Shown here piece by piece: positions 49,285 to 58,075 of a DNA stretch of 64,000 nt (positions are counted from its first letter, which is position 1; every line of letters begins with the position of its first letter). The notes under the pieces are model-generated. The model was not told where the DNA came from. It did not search any database and worked only from the letters and a program-made list of their open reading frames with translations. This DNA is from an uncultured Actinomycetota bacterium. GTDB lineage: Bacteria > Actinomycetota > Aquicultoria > JACQXZ01 > CAYGBL01. The position numbers and the translations under genes are program-made. The stretch lies in assembly GCA_964348135.1 (NCBI GenBank), contig CAYGBL010000002.1, positions 41,048 to 105,047 of the forward strand, written 5' to 3'.

Positions 49285-50808
49285 TTAATGCATACACTCA
49301 AAGGGACTGCAAGTAGCATTACGATAGAGTTTTGCCTCATACAAAGATTCATCAGCCTGTTTAACTAATTGCTCCTTATTGGTTGCGGTAAGAGGATATG
49401 TGGCAATGCCCAAACTTATTGTAAGCTGAATGGGTTTACTATCCCTTCTCCGTCCCCTGAATACCGTTTCTTCTACTATAAGACGCAGTTTGCAGGCAAC
49501 AGTGAAAGCATCTTCGTACTTAACTTGGGGCAGAAGAACCACAAATTCCTCGCCACCATATCTGGCAACCAAATCCTCTTCCCTTGTCCGATTTTGCAGC
49601 AATCTCGCAAGATGTCTTAATACCTCATCTCCTCTTATATGACCATAGCGATCATTTATCTCTTTGAAAAAGTCGATATCTATAATTATCAAACTGACGG
49701 GGATTTTATTTTTCTCACCATTAGCTATTACTTTAACCAATTCCTGTGAAAAATAACGGTAATTGTACAGACCGGTTAAACCATCCCGAATTGCTGACTG
49801 TTCAGTCTCTTTATAACGGTTGGCATTCTCAAGCGCATTATTAGCTTGGGAAGTTACCCCTTCTAAAAACCTCAAATCTTCGTACGTAAAACCATAAGGT
49901 TTCTGCTTTGTAGCAATAATTACTCCTCTTACCTTCCCATTATTAAAAAGAGGAGCAGCAATTATTGACCTTGCGTTACCCGTAAGACACACCATGGCAG
50001 GATCTTCCTTTGCATCAGAGATGTAGATTGATTGATTATGTTTTACCACCCAACCTATCGCTGTATAATTATTCTCAATTTTAATCTCCCTTAACTCATT
50101 CTCATTCACCCCAGAAGATGCTTTTATAGCAAGGCTGTTGCCATTACCTAACATTAAGGCACAGGAGTCTGGAGAAATCCTCCGCTTTATAATCTCTAAT
50201 ACTTTGTTTGCAACTTCATCAAGCTGAAGACTACCAGTTATCACCTTTCCGCTTTCATAAAGACGATCAAGGTGTATATTTATGGTATACATCCGATTTA
50301 TTAAAATGCCTATTAAAATGCCAACCAGAACCATAAAAACAACCTGGACAGTATTCTGCCGCATCAGATCACTAGAGAGGCCAATGCTTTTAAATATAAA
50401 AGTATACATGACTGCTGCCGCAATTGCTGTGGACGTGCTTAATTTAACGCCTCCTCTTACTGCAGCCAGAATTATAGGGAAATATACAATGGAAAGGTAA
50501 GAGGGAATATACAAGCGTGATGTTAGTATGAATACTGCCGTAAGAGCAAGGGCTATGCTGACTGTTATCAGGTTACGTATAAATACCGAGTTGGTATAGT
50601 AATAAATTACTCGTGAGATCAAACCGCCATCAGTTAAATCCCAGTGTATGACCCCTAAAAAAATCGCCAAACCATAAAGCATAAGAAGATTTTTAACGGG
50701 AAGTTTTAGCGAGGAAATTCCAACTAAGAGTAGAACTACTAAAATGATAACGACTAGTTTACTTTGATTCTGTTTCATGATTAAATCCACAATTGTAAAA
50801 TCTAACAA
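49285..50808 (-). CDS. Membrane-bound diguanylate cyclase (multi-TM, GAF, GGDEF with intact GGEEF)
   Basis: The motifs are RYGGEEFVV and the upstream I-site-like RGDE. About six N-terminal TM helices are present. Confidence 0.8.
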   Translation of the reverse strand: MLDFTIVDLIMKQNQSKLVVIILVVLLLVGISSLKLPVKNLLMLYGLAIFLGVIHWDLTDGGLISRVIYYYTNSVFIRNLITVSIALALTAVFILTSRLYIPSYLSIVYFPIILAAVRGGVKLSTSTAIAAAVMYTFIFKSIGLSSDLMRQNTVQVVFMVLVGILIGILINRMYTINIHLDRLYESGKVITGSLQLDEVANKVLEIIKRRISPDSCALMLGNGNSLAIKASSGVNENELREIKIENNYTAIGWVVKHNQSIYISDAKEDPAMVCLTGNARSIIAAPLFNNGKVRGVIIATKQKPYGFTYEDLRFLEGVTSQANNALENANRYKETEQSAIRDGLTGLYNYRYFSQELVKVIANGEKNKIPVSLIIIDIDFFKEINDRYGHIRGDEVLRHLARLLQNRTREEDLVARYGGEEFVVLLPQVKYEDAFTVACKLRLIVEETVFRGRRRDSKPIQLTISLGIATYPLTATNKEQLVKQADESLYEAKLYRNATCSPFECMH

Positions 50809-50883
50809 AATTTAAGTCTAGCTATATACATTTTACTCAATATCTATTATACTATAGGACAAAATATACAGTCACAGTTTTCA

Positions 50884-51558
50884 TTGCAGAAACAAAGGAG
50901 GTGTGTGTTGCAGACAGCGAAGCCAGTATTATATGGCACCACAAGTTCCAGCAATCGTCCAAACTACCAAAAGATGTCAGATGATTTACTGGTGAGGCTA
51001 GCACAGAGAGGTGATGAAAACGCTCAAAACTTCTTGATCAATAAGTACGAATATCTAGTTCACTTCAAAGCCAGATCGTACTTTCTCCACGGAGCCGATC
51101 ACGATGATACCATCCAGGAAGGAATGATCGGACTCTACAAGGCCATCAGAGATTACCGCAACACTAAGTTATGCTCCTTCCGTTCTTTTGCTCTCTTATG
51201 CATTACCCGCCAAATAATTACTGCAGTTAAAACTGCTACTCGGAAAAAACATTCCCCTCTTAACAGTTATGCATCCCTAAATGCTAATGTCTTTGACGAG
51301 GATGCGGGAAGCACTTTGCTTGATGTTATGACAAGTTCAAGGGCAGAGGATCCACTTGATCTCTTTATCGTGGAAGAAGAGATCGATAATATCAGAAGAG
51401 TAATGAAGGATGTTTTGAGCGAGCTGGAATGGAATGTCCTGGTTGCTTATATAGATGGAAAAAGCTATCAGGAAATAGCCAACCAGCTAAACAAGCATAC
51501 CAAAGTGATTGACAATGCGCTATATCGAGTTAAGTTGAAACTCAAGGAATTGAGGTAG
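50884..51558 (+). CDS. sigH: RNA polymerase sigma factor SigH (sigma-70 family, Spo0H-like)
   Basis: ARSYFLHGADHDDTIQEGMIGLYKAIRDY...SFALLCITRQIITAVKTATRKKHSPLNSYASL aligns closely with Bacillus SigH. The real start is probably GTG or TTG at 50905 or 50908, after the SD site AAAGGAGG. Confidence 0.9.
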   Translation: MQKQRRCVLQTAKPVLYGTTSSSNRPNYQKMSDDLLVRLAQRGDENAQNFLINKYEYLVHFKARSYFLHGADHDDTIQEGMIGLYKAIRDYRNTKLCSFRSFALLCITRQIITAVKTATRKKHSPLNSYASLNANVFDEDAGSTLLDVMTSSRAEDPLDLFIVEEEIDNIRRVMKDVLSELEWNVLVAYIDGKSYQEIANQLNKHTKVIDNALYRVKLKLKELR

Positions 51559-51596
51559 TCCTACAGCTCTCTCAAGCTGGAGAAAAGAGGTACTCC

Positions 51597-51803
51597 TTAT
51601 GAGTGCCTTTTTTCATTCTCTATCTTCATTTTTTCACTTCTCATAAACACAGCCCAGAAAGCTCCGAGTACTACCGCAGTTGTTCCTGCTAACTGATAAT
51701 CAATGCTTCCAAAAAGATGCTGCACTAAAGCGTTTACGCTAAAGGCAGGAACAGCCATAAAGAAAAAGTTAGCAATGCTATGGTTCAACATTTTTTGCCA
51801 CAT
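51597..51803 (-). CDS. Small 2-TM membrane protein (hypothetical)
   Basis: A strong SD site (GGGAGGATAAG) lies immediately before the ATG. Confidence 0.45.
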   Translation of the reverse strand: MWQKMLNHSIANFFFMAVPAFSVNALVQHLFGSIDYQLAGTTAVVLGAFWAVFMRSEKMKIENEKRHS

Positions 51804-52012
51804 CTTATCCTCCCTACATCTACTGTCTTACCAAAGAGACTATCGTCAAAAACACCTTGGACTTTAGGACTTCTGCCCTTACTCTAAGACACGAAGATAT
51901 AGGGAATATTTTTCAACAGGACTCTATAAAGTAAGTGTAAATATACTCCATAGAGATATCTCCACTAATTGGTGGTATTAAAGACAGCTTTTCAAGTGAT
52001 ACAATTTCTTTT

Positions 52013-52992
52013 ATGAAGGAAAACAAAAAAAATGAATCTCCACTAGATGCCTATTCGAAGGCTGTAGTAGATGTTGCCGAAAGAGTAAGTCCTTCCGTAG
52101 TCAATATAAGTGTTACTGTTAAAATGCAGACTCCTATTTACTCTCCTGGGATAAGGCAGGAGACAACAGGAAGCGGATCAGGAACTATTGTTGCGCCTGA
52201 TGGCTTTATTCTCACTAATAGCCATGTTGTCCATAATGGTACTAGGATAAGAGTTACTTTAAACGATGGTAGTACTTTCAGTGCTCAATTAATGGGTGAA
52301 GACCCTGCAACAGACTTAGCAGTACTAAGAATAAACGCTTCAGGACTTCCCACAGTGGAGATGGGTAACTCTGACACTTTAAAGGTGGGACAGCTTGTTA
52401 TTGCTATTGGAAATCATCTAGGATTTCAAACCACGTTACCACTGGTGTTATAAGCGCGCTTGGTCGATCCTTAAGAACGGAAAGCGGTCGTTTAATTGAA
52501 AATATAATTCAAACTGATGCAGCTCTGAATCCGGGTAGCTCTGGTGGCCCGCTTGTAGATAGCAAAGGTATAGTAATTGGTATAAATACTGCAATTATTC
52601 GTCCAGCACAAGGTATTTGCTTTGCTATCCCTATAAATACAGCTCGCTTGGTCACGGGTCTCCTTATTACCAAAGGTAAAGTTGAAAGAGGATTCCTAGG
52701 AATCTCTGGACAGCGTCGTCCTATTCACAGAAAGCTAGTTATTGCCCACAAGCTTCTATCGGACCAAGGTGTTTTTGTAATTCAAGTAACGCCAAACAGC
52801 CCAGCTGAGAAAGCAGGGCTTAGAGTACGGGATATGATTATTGCTTCAAACGATACTTCTATAGGAAGCATCGACGACCTTCACAGGCTTTTGACAGAAA
52901 AACCTAATAACCAGCCCATGTCCCTTACGATCCTGAGAAGATCACAGAAAATAATACTCGAAGTACTACCCTCTCCAGCTGAAATTGGGTAA
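52013..52992 (+). pseudogene. htrA: HtrA/DegP-family serine protease with PDZ domain, interrupted by a -1 frameshift near 52428-52440
   Basis: Frame 1 carries the His and Asp catalytic regions (TNSHVV and DLAVL). After GFQTT the homology continues in another frame (TTGVISALGRS...NPGSSGGPLVD...PDZ) through 52992. A single base is missing within ACCAC-GTTACC. Confidence 0.7.
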
Positions 52993-53379
52993 TGTCCCCA
53001 GGAACAGCGGTTTAATGGAGTCTCGCTATCCCCCACGGAAAAAGACGTTAACGAAAATACATATATTTTTAAAACCTTAAAGGTTTTCAGATATAAATAT
53101 CGAAATCCTTCTTGGTCTGGGTGCTAGCAGTATTGTAAATCGTTATCATTATAGTAAGGTTCGAAACAGCTTTTGCACCAGCGCTAAGGAGTTATCCTGG
53201 CCTAAGGGTTTGACCTAAGGCATGGCCTTTACTTTAATAAGACTCTAAAGTGATTTCAGTAATTGGCACCCGGACTCAAAGTCAAGAGCCATCTTTAAAC
53301 CCTTCGCTAGGAATCCGATAGCTTCCTGTTTCAACCTCGTTTTTCCAGTCACAGTAATTGCTAAAATATAGGAGAAGGC

Positions 53380-53661
53380 TTGTTAAGGAATTTCCTGAAA
53401 AAAAGATCAATTAATAGCAAATCGCCAAAGAGATTAGGTTCTGAAATACTAAAAGTTAGAGGTAATCTCTTTACCATCGAATATTTCCAAGGCCCAAGAT
53501 CTTACCAGGGAAACTACTCAATTATTGCCCAAACTGAATATAGGGGACGGCCTATCTCAATCAACGACTGTGGTTACGGACTTGACCATGCTCGTATCTT
53601 GATAAAGCGGCTGATCTTCCTTACATTGGATAGTGAGGGGCTGGATTACGGCTCACATTAA
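53380..53661 (+). CDS. Hypothetical small protein
   Basis: A 93-aa ORF with an SD site (AGGAG) 5 nt before a TTG start. No family was recognised. Confidence 0.3.
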   Translation: MLRNFLKKRSINSKSPKRLGSEILKVRGNLFTIEYFQGPRSYQGNYSIIAQTEYRGRPISINDCGYGLDHARILIKRLIFLTLDSEGLDYGSH

Positions 53662-53665
53662 AATG

Positions 53666-53884
53666 CAACAACCCAAGTAACCTTCCTTATCACTTCTAGC
53701 GGCCGCGCCTTTGCGCTTTTTTACCGCTCTCCACTTGGCTACTTGGGTTGCTCTTCTATTATCGGCCTTGTGCAGCAAAACCTTAATGCTAAATGGTAAA
53801 ACCCAAGGTTCCAGACACCTACCCGGAATGCGCCCTCTGCGCTCTCCCACCAAAATCCCTGTCCAGCCACTTGGGTTTCGCATA
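53666..53884. repeat. Tandem pair of homologous ~90-nt hairpin-forming elements (CCCAAG...CTTGGG arms around GCGC-N4/5-GCGC cores)
   Basis: Unit 1 spans 53666-53753 and unit 2 spans 53795-53884. In each, an 11-nt arm and a 10-nt arm form a perfect inverted repeat, and the units also share GCTCTCC and CCACTTGG blocks. Confidence 0.45.
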
Positions 53885-53925
53885 TAGGTATCGTCTACGA
53901 AGAAATATTCTTAAGAATATTGTTA

Positions 53926-54117
53926 CTAGAAAATTGCTTCAATATGACTTATAGCTACTCTAACTGTCCTATATAGGGGATCCCCTTCAAGGTGAAGCGT
54001 GCCGTTACTCACCGCTTCCGCTATACCCGAATATTTCCTATTTGTTGTTGACACATTTACTTTCTTTCCTATTAATTTCAGTTCTTTTAATAAGAATTCT
54101 AACTCCTGTTGATTCAT
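53926..54117 (-). CDS. Small hypothetical protein (start at MNQQELEF)
   Basis: An SD site (GGGAGGGAAA) lies 5 nt before the internal ATG. The 63-aa product has no recognised family. Confidence 0.4.
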   Translation of the reverse strand: MNQQELEFLLKELKLIGKKVNVSTTNRKYSGIAEAVSNGTLHLEGDPLYRTVRVAISHIEAIF

Positions 54118-54570
54118 AAGAATTTCCCTCCCTATATTACTTTTGTTCATTATTTCTACATATAAACTCATTGTCCTTTTCAGACTTTATATTGTTCTTA
54201 AGCACATATGGATATATGTCTTTTATCTATCTTCCGTATTCCAGTTATTATGCTTTATAATAATCCAACTTTTTCAAATACTTTTTTCAGTTTATTAATA
54301 TTTCACCGTACTTTCTTCTTTCGCTTTCTTCTTAACAGTTGGCTCCTTGATTATTACTGAACAATATTCAATCTAATTAGCTGCTGGAGTACTGAAATTG
54401 AGTTACTCCAATACATTTATGAACTCAAATATTTTATTTTTTTACCAGGATTCCCATCATTGTTGTGGAAAATATAATTGTCTGGGTGCTACCTTTTAGC
54501 TACCGAAGCAAATGTTGAGCAATAAAGACAAAGCAAAAAACATATTTTATGCTGAAAGGAGCTGAGAATT

Positions 54571-54690
54571 ATGGCCAAGAGCAGATCAAGAAAGAAAACT
54601 ACTACGCGTTCTAAGCTGGTTACCGTGCGTAGCTACCGTAGAAAAGATGGAACCCGTGTGCACGGATATAAGCGGCATACGGCCCGTTAA
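54571..54690 (+). CDS. Small highly basic protein (39 aa) with a (R/K)KDGT-x-V-x-GY-x-R type motif
   Basis: The SD site GAAAGGAG lies 10 nt before the ATG. The ORF encodes MAKSRSRKKTTTRSKLVTVRSYRRKDGTRVHGYKRHTAR. A Rho-independent terminator follows. The ORF is below the 60-aa cutoff of the ORF track. Confidence 0.5.
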   Translation: MAKSRSRKKTTTRSKLVTVRSYRRKDGTRVHGYKRHTAR

Positions 54691-54734
54691 CTCGAATTTT
54701 TATAGTCCCAGATAGACACCCAGACAGGCAATCA

Positions 54735-54768
54735 AAAGGACAGCCTTATGGCTGTCCTTTTCATTTTG
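54735..54768 (+). terminator. Rho-independent terminator
   Basis: The stems AAAGGACAGCC and GGCTGTCCTTT enclose a TTAT loop, followed by TTTCATTTTG. Confidence 0.7.
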
Positions 54769-54838
54769 TTCAAAGTTTTAGGTTAAGATTTCAGATTTAA
54801 GATCCTTTAGCCTAAAGTCTGTAGCATTCAACGATTTC

Positions 54839-54914
54839 TGGAGCGGGCAACGGGACTTGAACCCGCGACCTTCAGCTTGGGAAGCTGACGTTCTACCAAC
54901 TAAACTATGCCCGC
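54839..54914 (-). tRNA. tRNA-Gly (anticodon CCC)
   Basis: The minus-strand sequence is GCGGGCATAGTTTAGTTGGTAGAACGTCAGCTTCCCAAGCTGAAGGTCGCGGGTTCAAGTCCCGTTGCCCGCTCCA. It folds into a cloverleaf with a 7-bp acceptor stem, a U33-CCC-A37 anticodon loop, a TTCAAGT T-loop and an encoded CCA. Confidence 0.85.
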
Positions 54915-54987
54915 TCAAAAATCATCCACATTTATATTACAATAATTTTACTTAGCGCCCAATGTTTACTGCTTGACACCTTTATTG

Positions 54988-55467
54988 TTAAAGTTCAGTT
55001 TCAAGTCTCTTCTTTCTAACTCTCTCTAAAATAAACATTATTCCGCTTATAACGCTTAGAACCGCTCCTGCTATTACCTGTTTCCATGAAATAGTATGGG
55101 CTACCTCATAACCGTAAGTTATAATTTCTAATTCCTCAACATGGATATCCAGATCTCCGCCATGTTGAGTACAAGCTCTATTGAATACTCCTTTAACCCT
55201 TAGTTTATCACCTCTAAATTTATAATTTCCCTTATAAATAATTTTTCGAGCTTCTGACATTTTCATCCAAAGACCTATTGCACTTTTTCCGTCGTGCACA
55301 TTAACCCATGCAAAATTACTCCTTCTCATCACATCACCAATAACTTCTCCTTCATAAGTTACCATCTTTCCATCATATTCTTTAGCCTTTTCAATAAGAT
55401 CAATCGAAGATACAGCTTCAGCCCAACTGATCCATGTTAAAACAAAAAAAATAACCAGAATAAGCAT
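54988..55467 (-). CDS. Membrane-anchored OB-fold (BOF/YgiW-like) protein encoded immediately after trkH
   Basis: An N-terminal signal/TM is followed by KEYDGKMVTYEGEVIGDV...FAWVNVHDGKSAIGLWM, a YDG...V.G.V...F.L.DG.G.I pattern. A C-terminal TM is also present. The ORF track extends the ORF to 55554, overlapping trkH; the probable start is at 55467. Confidence 0.5.
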   Translation of the reverse strand: MLILVIFFVLTWISWAEAVSSIDLIEKAKEYDGKMVTYEGEVIGDVMRRSNFAWVNVHDGKSAIGLWMKMSEARKIIYKGNYKFRGDKLRVKGVFNRACTQHGGDLDIHVEELEIITYGYEVAHTISWKQVIAGAVLSVISGIMFILERVRKKRLETEL

Positions 55468-55478
55468 ACATGTAGCTC

Positions 55479-56984
55479 TCAACGACCTCTCACCCCGGCA
55501 ATAATGATTCCGAGCAGCGCAGATACAGAGAGAAACTCTAACCTTCCCGCCCACATTTGTAAGATGAAAACTATTTTAAGGAGAGCAGGCATCTGCGGTG
55601 ATGTTATCCCTGCTGTCAACCCGACGTTAGCTGTTGCTGAGACAGATTCGAATATAGCCTCTCCAAAGCTGTAGCCATAGTACATAGAAAAGAAAGCTCC
55701 TAGTGTATAGGAAGTAAAATAGGCGATAGATATAAACATGACATTACGCACATGTTTATCCTCAAGGACCACATTACGCAAATGATGATATGTTTCTACA
55801 ACTACTGCCGATGGAGGAGAAATTAGTCTCTTTACTTGCCGTAGAAAACTTTTAAATATTATTCCAATTCTCAAAGCCTTTACCCCTCCAGCGGTTGATC
55901 CTGCGCCTCCTCCTAAAGCCATAGCAATAGTAATAGCACCCATAGCAAGGGATTTCCATTCCAGAGGAAACTGCCTGGCATTGATTGTCATAAATCCGGT
56001 ACCACTATGCGCGGATAAAAGCTGAAAAAAACCTTTTCTGAAAAGACTAGCTATGCTGGTATAGGCTTCTAACTTAGTCAGGGCCAATGTAGCAACAACA
56101 AAAGTAAGGAAAATGGTTGAAGTTAGCGAGAGTACCTCGATATTTCTAAATAATTCTCGCCGGTTATTGTTCCAGAGAGCATAGTGTAATCCAAAGTTGA
56201 GAGTCCCGGCAATCATAAGAGGGAAAACAACTATTTCGTAGGGCAAACTGTGAAAATATAGAATGCTTTGCGATTGAGGTGCGAATCCTCCTGTGTCGAA
56301 AGCGGCCATAAATATATACAATCCCTGCATCAATGCTCTAACTGGCGGAACTCCTTCCAGAATTCCTACCAGCCAAAGCGCAGAGCTTCCTACGATCATA
56401 TAGGTAAAGCTTACCGTCCAAATAAAACGAGCAGTCTGGATTACATTGGGGAGAATCCTTTCTTCCCTTGCTTCGCTTTCATACATTGTATAAGCACCAG
56501 GAAGCATTCCACGCGTGAAAAGGGTCAGAGCTGCAACTACAATTCCCTGACCTCCAATAAAGTGGGTTAAATGTCGCCAAAAATTTATTCCTTGTGGAAG
56601 ATGATCTATATCTTGAACAAGTACTAACCCCGTAGTAGCAAAGCCACTCATAGCATCGAAACTCGCGTCCAGAAAGCTTCCAAAGTGACCACTCAAGTAG
56701 AGAGGGATGGCTCCCAAAGGCATCGCAACTAGCCAGGTAACAGGTACTATAATTAATCCATGCAGCCATTTAATATCCTTGACAACCGGACACAATAAGA
56801 GAAAAAAATATCCCACGATAAAACTTATGGAAGCACCTATTACAAACCATATGGCAACTGCCCACTCGGCAAAAAAGAGCGACACTATTAGAGGAAAGAT
56901 CATGGCAATGCCAATACCAACTATGAGTCTTCCCAAATAATGACCTACTGTCTTAAGATCTTCGATCCTTGGGCGCCTAAGCAT
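55479..56984 (-). CDS. trkH: TrkH/KtrB-family potassium uptake transporter
   Basis: A polytopic protein with repeated M1-P-M2 units and glycine-containing selectivity-filter segments (TTGL, TGF, NVGL). Confidence 0.85.
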   Translation of the reverse strand: MLRRPRIEDLKTVGHYLGRLIVGIGIAMIFPLIVSLFFAEWAVAIWFVIGASISFIVGYFFLLLCPVVKDIKWLHGLIIVPVTWLVAMPLGAIPLYLSGHFGSFLDASFDAMSGFATTGLVLVQDIDHLPQGINFWRHLTHFIGGQGIVVAALTLFTRGMLPGAYTMYESEAREERILPNVIQTARFIWTVSFTYMIVGSSALWLVGILEGVPPVRALMQGLYIFMAAFDTGGFAPQSQSILYFHSLPYEIVVFPLMIAGTLNFGLHYALWNNNRRELFRNIEVLSLTSTIFLTFVVATLALTKLEAYTSIASLFRKGFFQLLSAHSGTGFMTINARQFPLEWKSLAMGAITIAMALGGGAGSTAGGVKALRIGIIFKSFLRQVKRLISPPSAVVVETYHHLRNVVLEDKHVRNVMFISIAYFTSYTLGAFFSMYYGYSFGEAIFESVSATANVGLTAGITSPQMPALLKIVFILQMWAGRLEFLSVSALLGIIIAGVRGR

Positions 56985-57204
56985 GAAACCAACCTATAAG
57001 CAGCACAACTACAAAAGCTAGTATTAAGAGAAAAATTGCGAAGGTAATAGTAGTCAAAATTCCGAGAATATACATGACTATCATAGGTAGCTTTTTCTGA
57101 GAAAAGACAAACAAGTTTAATCCCCGCATTTTAATAAATTTATCAGGTTTTTCTATGACCTGCGTAACAAAGATTTTCTACTTAGTTTTTCGAGGTTCAG
57201 CAGT

Positions 57205-57704
57205 CTAAGCCCTTCTAAGGCAAAGTCTTCTGTCAAAGATAAAGAGAATTCCAGAAACAACAATTAGTACTACTGCAAGCACGACTCTTCCCGTCTTTAT
57301 TGTATGCTTAATTGTATATTCGCTTTTTATTTTCTTGAGAGATGTGACATGGATATCCATATCTTGCCCATGCTGGGCGCAGGCTCTATTAAACACCCCT
57401 CTATTTTAACTGTGTCGCCATGGTGCTCATAGTCCCCTTTTAGACCGATAATTTGAACCCTCTCCTTGGGTATCCATATGCCTGTAGCATTGACTCCATC
57501 GCTCACATTTATCCACGCATATCTTCCGCGTACCATTATATCTCCTACCACTTCACCTTGATACAAAACTCTTTTACCGTTAAACATCCTGGGATTCTCA
57601 ATCAATTGAGTGCTGGAAACAGTCTCTGCTGAAGCGGTATTGGAAAAGGATGAGGCAAGAATTAATACCTGAAGGGATACCATGAAAAGACAAAGTATAA
57701 CCAC
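57205..57704 (-). pseudogene. Frameshifted paralogue of the BOF-like membrane protein (split into 125-aa and 63-aa ORFs)
   Basis: The N-terminal part (57327-57704) and the C-terminal part (57205-57396, FNRACAQHGQDMDIHV) both match the 54988-55467 protein. The frames join at a G4 (plus-strand C4) tract at 57402-57405, where the intact frame would need one more G. Confidence 0.6.
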
Positions 57705-58041
57705 TCACAAGATCGAAAATTACATCCAGGTATGATAAAAAATGACCGCTAAGATAGTGGGGAACTGCACCAAGAAACGTTGCTGCGACCCATGATGTTG
57801 ACACAACCACTAGTCCCTGGGTCCAGGTTAAATCCCTGGCTGGCTGAATTGCAATGGTAAGTATGAAACCGACAATAAAACATAATGTTGCTCCAATTGT
57901 AAAGTCTATAGCAGCAGACCACTCCTGGAAGAATAGACAAGTAATAAGGGGAACAAGCATCAGCAGACCAGCGCCGATAATTATCTTCCCAATGAAAAAC
58001 CCAATAACTTGAAAGTCTGCTACTCTTGGCCTAAGGAGCAC
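57598..58041 (-). pseudogene. Truncated trkH fragment (N-terminal ~110 codons of a TrkH paralogue)
   Basis: MLLRPRVADFQVIGFFIGKIIIG...YLSGHFLSYLDVIFDLVSG matches the first ~110 residues of the intact TrkH and then diverges and terminates. Confidence 0.6.
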
Positions 58042-58075
58042 TCAGTCTACCTTTCTCACTGTATACTGCATAACA

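Noticed and set aside
53070-53086. AAAACCTTAAAGGTTTT palindrome after htrA as terminator
   Set aside because: The stem is AT-only and there is no clear T-tract, so terminator function is doubtful.
53653-53883. 76-aa basic minus-strand ORF spanning the tandem hairpin elements
   Set aside because: It has no SD site. Its boundaries coincide with the repeat units, and its composition reflects translation of GC-rich inverted repeats. It is more likely an RNA or DNA element than a protein.
53114-54492. Exact 12-mer gtctgggtgcta occurring at 53114 and 54481
   Set aside because: A 12-mer repeat is expected many times by chance in 64 kb, and there is no flanking similarity.
53000-54560. Looked for RNase P, tmRNA, SRP or 6S RNA hallmarks in the long non-coding stretch around the tRNA
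   Set aside because: No conserved hallmark blocks were recognisable by eye (for example AGGAAAGTCCGGGCTCC or GGAAGGAAGCAGC). Only the tRNA-Gly gene was recognised, and the tandem hairpin repeat remains unassigned.
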